From NCBI GenBank assembly GCA_028281535.1, contig JANQJS010000012.1, forward strand, positions 107,185-171,184: a stretch of DNA of 64,000 nt. Reading direction: 5' to 3'. The DNA is from Sedimentisphaerales bacterium. GTDB lineage: Bacteria; Planctomycetota; Phycisphaerae; Sedimentisphaerales; SM23-30. A program made the position numbers and the translations under genes. Each line of letters starts with the position of its first letter. The first letter of the stretch is position 1. This document shows positions 37,901-45,344 of this stretch, piece after piece. The notes under the pieces were generated by a model. That model worked only from the letters and a program-made list of their open reading frames with translations. It was not told the DNA's origin and ran no database searches.

Positions 37901-39031
37901 TCAATTTAAACGATATCGTAATAAGCATCCGACGCCGCCAAGATTGAGCAGGGCATCGCTTTGTAAAACTACTTCAATATGGCAACCATCTCGTTGGGCC
38001 AATGCGACCATCTCCTGCTTCAAGTCACTTTCTTGAAGCGAGCCACCTACGCAATGCTTGCAATGCGTTATGGGGCTTTCAGTGGCTAGAAGCACGTTGC
38101 AGCCAGAGCATCGATACCCATGAGGCGGTTGAAAACTATTCTCTATAATGAGCATGTCGACATTGCCTTGTTGCAGTGCTTCGAGCGTGTCATTCACACC
38201 CGCTGCACCTAAACCGGCCGTATGCACTTCTTGTAAAAGAAGGTCGACAGCTGCTAAAGATTCTTTCTCTTCATGCTCAATGAACGATGAAAGCGATGAA
38301 GCCACTACCTCAGATATGTGTTCTTTGCCTGAAGCAGAGACAATATCAACCAGTTTCTCCTGCAAATGCTTAGGCAATAACTTCTGGATCTTTGACGTTA
38401 TCGCAGGATTGCCTGCAAGGACAATGTGCGAATGACCGCCTTGCCGAACGAGATCTTCTAAGATCTTTACCTTTTCTTTAAAGAAACGATTCGATCGTTC
38501 TTTGCGATGATTCTGGTAATGTTCCTTAGACCATTTCTGACGAATATCATTTCGCAGTTCGGGAATCTTGGACCATAATTCTTTGGTAATCGATCCCAAA
38601 GATACTTCAACAATGCGTCCACTTTCTTGGGTCGATAACATAATAATGAAACGATCATAATTGTCTTTCAACTCTACCAAATGGTATATATGTGGCTTTG
38701 TGTCGATAGCAAATTCATTTGGTAGCGGTACCTCGAATTGCAGTGCCAATTCGAATGGGTGTTTGCCGCCGCGATGAAATAAAACAACACCTTGTGATGT
38801 TTCATCAATTTCTTTATTGATGAAACGCTGAACTCTATCGAGTGATTCTTTTAGAACACTTAACTCCTTGGAAGAATAGCTCTTCTTCAGTGTAATCAAA
38901 CGTTCTTTAAGATATTTTTTATAATGATGCTCTCCAGAGCCAACATGTATATAACAACTGATAATCGGTGCCTCCGATTCTTCGAGAACAGCTAAAGTTC
39001 GAATATGTTTTTCCAAATTTTTCGTTTCCAT
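37901..39031 (-). CDS. Bacterial archaeo-eukaryotic release factor (eRF1/Pelota)-like protein with zinc-ribbon insert, no GGQ
   Basis: By hand alignment to human eRF1: [23 protein letters not shown] vs [49 protein letters not shown] vs [48 protein letters not shown] vs LEIVTDKS..GFGGIGGILRYRV. CSGC..CKHC is inserted in the C domain. Confidence 0.75.
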   Translation of the reverse strand: [376 protein letters not shown]

Positions 39032-39932
39032 GGCAAATCCTTTCCTTTTAAGTAAAAAACTTTACGATCAGATGTGTTGTCACAAATCAGCGCAAGCAGC
39101 GCGTACGTCTTAGTGAGTCCATTGACCGAAATTTGATAAGTTGGCTGAGAGGGGGGTAGCTAAGCTAGCTACAGAAGGAGGTTCAGGTCACTTAACGCCA
39201 CTCGGTATGTCATCCCGGAGCGAGATGGACAACAACAATAAAAGTAAAATTGTTTCATGAGTGACTACCTGATTAATAAATAATAACTCTGCTCTTACAT
39301 AAAATTCCGGGCAGAACACATCCACATTCTGTCCTGCCCGGCGAGTTCGGGAATAGGTTTGAGGGCAGATATTCAAAACTATCCGTAATAAATTGTTCGA
39401 TTTTTATAGTCTCTAATTCATACACAGAATCTAAAAAACCATTCGGTTTTATTCGCGTTTAAATCTCAACTTTCTTTGTCGAGATAACTTCAGCGACCTG
39501 TCAAAGACATCGTGATATTTGTTATGTTAGCATTGCGATGTCCGTACCAAGATTACGCCCCAAAAAATCCCGGGTTCGAAAAAATCGGTCAAATCGTCAT
39601 CAAAAAAGGTCGATTTTTTTTAACCCAATAATAACGATAACCTCAACGATAATATATATATGAGTAAAAATAAGCGATCAAAGATAGAGCTGTTTATCTA
39701 CCTAAAGTGCCACCCAAAACATTCAGACGACATGCACACATAAGTTATTTCGACTGAAGTCCCAAAGGGACGAATTAGAGAAATCTAAAACCTACAATTA
39801 ATTAAATACGATTGGATAAAAGTAAGAACCAAAAAATTCAAAATGTAGAAAACTTAAAAGTTCACGACAGAAAAACAAACCATTACTCAATGAAGCAATA
39901 AGCAACTGAGTTTCTTTTTATTTTTACCACCT

Positions 39933-39960
39933 GTTGACTTTGCATAATTATATGATATAA
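39933..39960 (+). promoter_or_regulatory. Sigma70-type promoter with extended -10 for the ast operon leader
   Basis: TTGACT (39933-39938), 16-nt spacer, TGaTATAAT (39952-39960), with a T-rich UP-like tract upstream. Predicted TSS is near 39967, 210 nt before the ATG at 40177. Confidence 0.55.
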
Positions 39961-40075
39961 TTATAAAGTATAAGGTCATGGGCTGAACCGACTTTCAACG
40001 TCCCTCCGAAACCCAATTCTCTTTAAAAACGTAATAATAAATGTATGCGCATAATGAAGACGTATAAACGCTAAC

Positions 40076-40156
40076 GGTCTCGCCAACCAAGTAGCGACCA
40101 ACGGGAGCGAGTTCCCAACCAAAAGGTCGCGGCGTAATTTATACAGGCGAACGCCT
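40076..40156. repeat. Family-2 structured repeat, copy E2 (inside the ast leader)
   Basis: GTCTCGCC-AACCAAGTA-GCGACC..GGGA/TCCC..GGTCGC-GGCG, then hairpin CAGGC-GAAC-GCCTG (40143-40156). Confidence 0.6.
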
Positions 40157-40176
40157 GAAAACACGATAATTATATT

Positions 40177-41391
40177 ATGCAGAACCACTTAAAACATCTT
40201 GAATGGATCGATAGCCAACAGGAGCGAATGCTGACCCTTCTAACTGATTGGACCAGCGTCAATTCCCACAGCTATAATCTTATAGGGCTTAAATCCATGG
40301 CCCAGAAACTCGCCGATGAATTTAAGGTTCTGGATGGTCAAATGAAGATGTTAGACCTGAAACCATATAAAATCATTGATCAAGAGGGCAATCCTAAAGA
40401 GCAGCAATTAGGTCAGGCCATCTCGATCACTAAACGAGAAGATGCAGACAAATCTGTTTTTCTAGGCATCCACATGGACACCGTTTTCAAAGAAAATGAT
40501 TCATTCCAATCAAGCAAAATGATCGATGAGGATAAATTAAATGGCCCAGGCGTCATCGATGCCAAAGGCGGACTTGCCGTCATGCTCATCGCACTGCAAG
40601 CCTTTGAGCAATCAGAAGTCGCCAAAAATATCGGCTGGGAAATACTCATCAATCCAGATGAAGAAATCGCTTCTCCTGGTTCAGCACCGTTATTCCAACA
40701 AGCAGCCAAACGAAACCAACTAGGTTTTGTTTACGAACCCGCCTTACCAAACGGTTCACTGATCAGCAGTCGAAAAGGCTCAGGAAATTTCACTATCGTC
40801 GCACGAGGCAGAGCTTCTCATGCTGGACGTGATTTCTATTCAGGGCGCAGCGCTATCCTGGCAATCAGCGAATTCATCATTGAACTAAATAAACTTAATG
40901 ATCAACAAAAGGAAATCACCGTAAACATCGGTGAAATCAAAGGCGGCCAAGCCGTTAATGTTGTTCCCGATTTGGCGATTGCAAAATTTAATATTCGGTT
41001 TAAAAATATCGATGATCAAAAATCAATCGAACAAAAACTAAACCAACTGATTGAAACACATAATCAAAAAGAAGGATTTCAATTTGAACTTTCGGGAAGC
41101 TTTTTGAGTCCACCAAAAATGTTAACAGAAAAATTACAAACATTTATGAATCAAATAACAGATTGCGGCAAAGAACTTGGATTGGACCTAACCTACCAAT
41201 CAAGTGGCGGCGTCTGCGATGGCAATAAACTGGCCGCAGCCGGTTTGCCAACCATCGATACCTTAGGCCCTGTTGGAGAGAATATGCATAACGCAAACGA
41301 AACACTCTTCATCAATAGCCTGACCGAGCGTGCGAAGCTGACGTGCCTTTTTCTACTGAAATTGGCAACAAACAACGAGTTTAAATGTTAA
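40177..41391 (+). CDS. M20-family metallopeptidase (CPG2/DapE/ArgE-like amidohydrolase); candidate succinylglutamate desuccinylase substitute
   Basis: HMDTVF, GPGVIDAKGG and NPDEEIASPGS are M20 metal and catalytic motifs. First gene of the ast cluster. Confidence 0.8.
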   Translation: MQNHLKHLEWIDSQQERMLTLLTDWTSVNSHSYNLIGLKSMAQKLADEFKVLDGQMKMLDLKPYKIIDQEGNPKEQQLGQAISITKREDADKSVFLGIHMDTVFKENDSFQSSKMIDEDKLNGPGVIDAKGGLAVMLIALQAFEQSEVAKNIGWEILINPDEEIASPGSAPLFQQAAKRNQLGFVYEPALPNGSLISSRKGSGNFTIVARGRASHAGRDFYSGRSAILAISEFIIELNKLNDQQKEITVNIGEIKGGQAVNVVPDLAIAKFNIRFKNIDDQKSIEQKLNQLIETHNQKEGFQFELSGSFLSPPKMLTEKLQTFMNQITDCGKELGLDLTYQSSGGVCDGNKLAAAGLPTIDTLGPVGENMHNANETLFINSLTERAKLTCLFLLKLATNNEFKC

Positions 41392-41431
41392 ACTTAAACA
41401 ATGACAATTTAAGCAGATAGAGAGAGAATTT

Positions 41432-42817
41432 ATGAAATCTTTAGCAGCTGAAAGCTTTATGTCAGACCCGAGGATTGGGCAAGCCAGGCAATTAATACTG
41501 GATAGCCTGGCTGACGCTCAGAAATCGCTTATTGGCGTAAAACCCGCCGATCCTGAGCGAAAACAAACCTATGAACAAGCCATCAAAGAAATGTGTCAAT
41601 TGCGTGGCGGTGGCTTGTTCTATCCTTATCTTGGCAGCGGTCTGGGAAATGGTGCCCTGGTCGAGCTTGCTGATGGCAGCGTCAAGTACGATCTCATCAG
41701 CGGCATCGGCGTCCATTGGATGGGCCACAGCCATCCTGACATGGTAAAGGCCTCTTTCGATGCCGCATTGCAAGATACCATTATGCAGGGCAACCTTCAG
41801 CAGAATACAGATTCATTTGAACTCATCGATCGCTTTGTCAAACTTGCACAAAAAAATGGCTCCAAGCTGGAGCATTGCTATCTATCCACCAGTGGAGCAA
41901 TGGCAAACGAAAATGCACTAAAAATTGCATTACAAAAAAATCATCCACGTCAACGTGTCTTAGCTTTTTCACGATGCTTTGCCGGACGAACGCTGGCCGT
42001 ATCGCAAATTACAGATAACGCCGCCTACCGCCAAGGACTACCATCGGTGATCGATGTCGATTACGTCCCATTCTTCAATCCAGACCAACCAGAAAAAAGT
42101 ATCGAACATTCCGTCAAAGTTCTAAAGCGACTTATCGAGCGTTACCCAGATCAGCATGCCGTCATGTGTATGGAACTCATCCAAGGAGAGGGGGGCTACT
42201 ATTCTGGTGATCGCGATTTCTTTATCGCTCTAATCGACGTTCTCAAAGAAAATAATATCGCTGTGATGTTTGATGAAATTCAAACTTTTGGACGCACAAC
42301 CCAGCCGTTTGCTTTCCAACATTTTAGTTTAGATGAATACGCAGATATAGTAACGGTTGGTAAAATGTCGCAGGTCTGTGCCACAATTTACGTAGACAAT
42401 TACAAACCAAAACCGGGTCTGATTAGCCAAACCTTTACGGGCGGCACAGGCGCTATTTGGGCAGCAAACGCTATTTTGAAAGAATTGAATGAAGGACATA
42501 TTTTTGGCGATGATGGTAAAATCGTTCAAGTTCACAATGCCTTTGTCAGCGAATTTGAAAAAATCAATGAGAAACATCCTGACCTGATTTCAGGCCCCTT
42601 TGGCATTGGTGGTATGATTGCTTTCACACCTTTTGGCGGTGATGGCGCCAAAGTCAAAGAATTCATCACAACTTTATTTAATGAAGGCGTGATTGGATTC
42701 CCGTGTGGTACGTCGCCACGCCGCGTGCGATTTTTACCGCCTATTGGATCAATCACAGAAGACGATATCAAAAAATCTTGTGAAATTATTGAAGCAATTC
42801 TTTTGAAAATTGCATAA
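41432..42817 (+). CDS. Class-III PLP aminotransferase, divergent AstC/ArgD-like
   Basis: STSGAMANENALKIA, FAGRT, FDEIQTFGRT and VTVGKMSQ (PLP lysine context). 461 aa. Sits immediately upstream of astA. Confidence 0.72.
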   Translation: MKSLAAESFMSDPRIGQARQLILDSLADAQKSLIGVKPADPERKQTYEQAIKEMCQLRGGGLFYPYLGSGLGNGALVELADGSVKYDLISGIGVHWMGHSHPDMVKASFDAALQDTIMQGNLQQNTDSFELIDRFVKLAQKNGSKLEHCYLSTSGAMANENALKIALQKNHPRQRVLAFSRCFAGRTLAVSQITDNAAYRQGLPSVIDVDYVPFFNPDQPEKSIEHSVKVLKRLIERYPDQHAVMCMELIQGEGGYYSGDRDFFIALIDVLKENNIAVMFDEIQTFGRTTQPFAFQHFSLDEYADIVTVGKMSQVCATIYVDNYKPKPGLISQTFTGGTGAIWAANAILKELNEGHIFGDDGKIVQVHNAFVSEFEKINEKHPDLISGPFGIGGMIAFTPFGGDGAKVKEFITTLFNEGVIGFPCGTSPRRVRFLPPIGSITEDDIKKSCEIIEAILLKIA

Positions 42818-42831
42818 TTGGAAAAAAGAAA

Positions 42832-43860
42832 ATGAATATTGTTCGACCTATTACAATAGAAGATTTAGATCAACTCTACGAGCTGGCATTGCTCCGTGGT
42901 GTTGGCCTCACGTCGCTGCCCAAGGATAAAAAGCAGCTGCGTAAAAAAATTCTCAGTGCTCAGCGTGGATTCAATTTGACAGAAGAAGATGATCCTGCAG
43001 GCGAACAATATTTATTTGTACTGGAAGATGTGGAGAAACAGAAACTCGTTGGGGTAAGTGGTATTCATTCGAAAGTGGGTGGCTTCGAGCCATTTTATAC
43101 TTACCAGATTGAAGATTCGGTTCATGAATCGAAATCTCTAAAAGTTTCCCGGAAAATCCCTACTTTGCATCTGGTCGTTGACCATGATGGGCCGAGCGAA
43201 GTTGGCACATTGTTTCTACATCCTGATTATCGTCAAGGCGGCAATGGCCGATTTCTTTCACTAACACGATTTTTGTATATGGCGCAATGTCCGGATTATT
43301 TTGATGAATTAGTTATCGCAGAAATCCGCGGCGTCATAGATGAAAATGGAGGTTCGCCCTTCTGGGATGCTTTGGGGAGTCATTTCTTTGTTCTCGACTT
43401 TAATACCGCAGATGAACTCAGTGCGGTGGATAAAAAATTCATCGCCGACTTGATGCCCAAGCATCCCATTTATATTCCAACATTGCCACAAGCCGCACAA
43501 GATGTCATTGGCGAACCCAATGACAAAAGCAGGCCAGCAATGAAAATTCTGGAAAAAGAAGGCTTTGAATATTGCCATAGTGTGGATATATTTGAAGCTG
43601 GCCCAACGGTGAGCTGCCAATTAGAAAATATTCGAACCATCAAAGAAAGTAAAGTCATGAAAATCGGTGAAATTTCTGATACTGAAATTAATTCTGACAT
43701 TTATATGATTAGCAATAATTCTAAAGAATTTCGTGCATGCATGGGAAATATTGAAAAATTAGGAAGTAGTAAAGTGCGAATAACTTCGCAAGTTGCTCAA
43801 GCCTTAAAATTAAACATTGGGGATGAATGCCGATTTGTTCTACTGCGCCCAAACGGTTAA
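42832..43860 (+). CDS. astA: Arginine N-succinyltransferase
   Basis: MNIVRPITIEDLDQLYELA..GVGLTSLP and the overall AstA-like length and pattern. Followed by astD and astB. Confidence 0.82.
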   Translation: MNIVRPITIEDLDQLYELALLRGVGLTSLPKDKKQLRKKILSAQRGFNLTEEDDPAGEQYLFVLEDVEKQKLVGVSGIHSKVGGFEPFYTYQIEDSVHESKSLKVSRKIPTLHLVVDHDGPSEVGTLFLHPDYRQGGNGRFLSLTRFLYMAQCPDYFDELVIAEIRGVIDENGGSPFWDALGSHFFVLDFNTADELSAVDKKFIADLMPKHPIYIPTLPQAAQDVIGEPNDKSRPAMKILEKEGFEYCHSVDIFEAGPTVSCQLENIRTIKESKVMKIGEISDTEINSDIYMISNNSKEFRACMGNIEKLGSSKVRITSQVAQALKLNIGDECRFVLLRPNG

Positions 43861-43874
43861 TTAAAGGAAATGGC

Positions 43875-45344
43875 ATGTCAGAAAATATCCATTATGTAAA
43901 TAATCAGTGGCTATCCGGTGGGACTGAAACGATTGTGTCTCTCAATCCTGCAACCAATCAGCCTGTTTGGACGGGTCTTGCCGCGGATAAGGATTTCGTT
44001 GATCAAGCTGTTGAGGCTGCCTGCCAGGCTTTGCCAGCATGGTCCAATCTGGATTTGGAAAAACGAATTGGCTACCTCAAAGCTTACGAAGAAGCTTTGC
44101 GTTCAATCCAAAATGAAATGGTAGAGACGATTAGTAAAGAAAATGGCAAACCTCTTTGGGAAGCTAAAACAGAAGTTCAAGCAATGCTGGGAAAAATTGA
44201 TTTGACGATCAAAGCTTATCAAGATCGCACAAACCATCATGTCAATCAATCGAGTAATACTACCCAGGCTCTTCGATACAAACCTCATGGTATCATTGGA
44301 ATCATCGGCCCATTTAATTTGCCGGGACATATAACTCATGGTCAAATTATTCCTGCTTTGTTGGCGGGCAATACGGTCGTTTTTAAGCCAAGTGAGCTTG
44401 CTCCTTTAGTTGGCCAAAAGTTGATTGAGCTTTGGGAGCAAGTTGGTCTTCCAGCTGGTGTTCTCAATATGGTACAGGGGGGCGGGGAAACAGGGAAAGC
44501 ATTATGTCAGCATTCTAATTTGAATGGCTTATTTTTTACTGGAAGTTTTAAGGTTGGCGTTGAATTAAATAAAGCGTTTGCATCTGATCCTGGGAAAATT
44601 TTGGCATTGGAGATGGGCGGCAACAATCCTTTAGTTGTTCATCAGGCGGTAGATTTGGATGCCGCGGCATATTTGGTGATGCAATCAGCGTTTATTACTT
44701 CTGGCCAGCGATGCACTTGTGCTCGACGACTTATTGTTCCCGAAGGTAAAGAAGGTGATTTACTGATTGATCATGTTGTTAATTGGACGAAAAAAATTCA
44801 AGTTGGACCTTATACGCAAGATCCTGAACCTTTCATGGGACCTGTTGTAACATCTCAAGTAGCGCAACGATTATTGGAAGCACAAGCTAGCTTGCAAGAT
44901 CGAGGTGGAAAATCAATTATTGAAATGTCACCTATTTTAGAGCATGGTTCATTTTTGTCTCCAGGTTTGATAGATGTCACTGAGATCTGCGATCGGCAAG
45001 ATGAAGAGATTTTTGGCCCATTACTACAAATTGTCCGAGTAAAAAATTATGATACTGCAATCGAAGAAGCAAATAATACAAGTTATGGACTTTCTGCTGG
45101 TTTGATTAGCAATAATGCCAGTTTATATAATGAATTTCGTCAGCGAGTCAATGCTGGTTTGGTAAACTGGAATCGTCAAATTACTGGTGCGAGCGGAGCA
45201 CTTCCATTTGGTGGTATTGGGCAGAGTGGGAATCATCGACCTTGTGGGTATTTTACTGTCGATTTATGCTGCTATCCTGTAGGTTCCATTGAACAGGATG
45301 GCTTGAGTTTACCTGAAAAACTTACGCCAGGGATGGATGGATGA
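43875..45344 (+). CDS. astD: Succinylglutamate-semialdehyde dehydrogenase
   Basis: Aldehyde dehydrogenase motifs (FKPSELAP, LEMGGNNP, SGQRCTCARR, EEIFGPLL). ATG at 43875; the track ORF start at 43827 overlaps astA. Confidence 0.88.
   Translation: MSENIHYVNNQWLSGGTETIVSLNPATNQPVWTGLAADKDFVDQAVEAACQALPAWSNLDLEKRIGYLKAYEEALRSIQNEMVETISKENGKPLWEAKTEVQAMLGKIDLTIKAYQDRTNHHVNQSSNTTQALRYKPHGIIGIIGPFNLPGHITHGQIIPALLAGNTVVFKPSELAPLVGQKLIELWEQVGLPAGVLNMVQGGGETGKALCQHSNLNGLFFTGSFKVGVELNKAFASDPGKILALEMGGNNPLVVHQAVDLDAAAYLVMQSAFITSGQRCTCARRLIVPEGKEGDLLIDHVVNWTKKIQVGPYTQDPEPFMGPVVTSQVAQRLLEAQASLQDRGGKSIIEMSPILEHGSFLSPGLIDVTEICDRQDEEIFGPLLQIVRVKNYDTAIEEANNTSYGLSAGLISNNASLYNEFRQRVNAGLVNWNRQITGASGALPFGGIGQSGNHRPCGYFTVDLCCYPVGSIEQDGLSLPEKLTPGMDG

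Noticed and set aside
39145-39200. GGCTGAGAGGGG resembling the TPP riboswitch CUGAGA box
   Set aside because: The thi-box continuation (ACCC..GAACCUGAUC..GGAUAAUGCC..) is missing, and no thiamine gene is adjacent.
39565-39590. CCCGGGTTCGAAAAA resembling a tRNA T-arm
   Set aside because: No complementary 3' stem, acceptor or anticodon arm can be drawn, so it is not a tRNA or an obvious tRNA fragment.
39188-40188. Small ORFs 39188..39376 and 39976..40188 in the large intergenic gap
   Set aside because: They have no RBS and low-complexity or hydrophobic nonsense-like sequence. The second reads straight through the family-2 repeat and the ast promoter.
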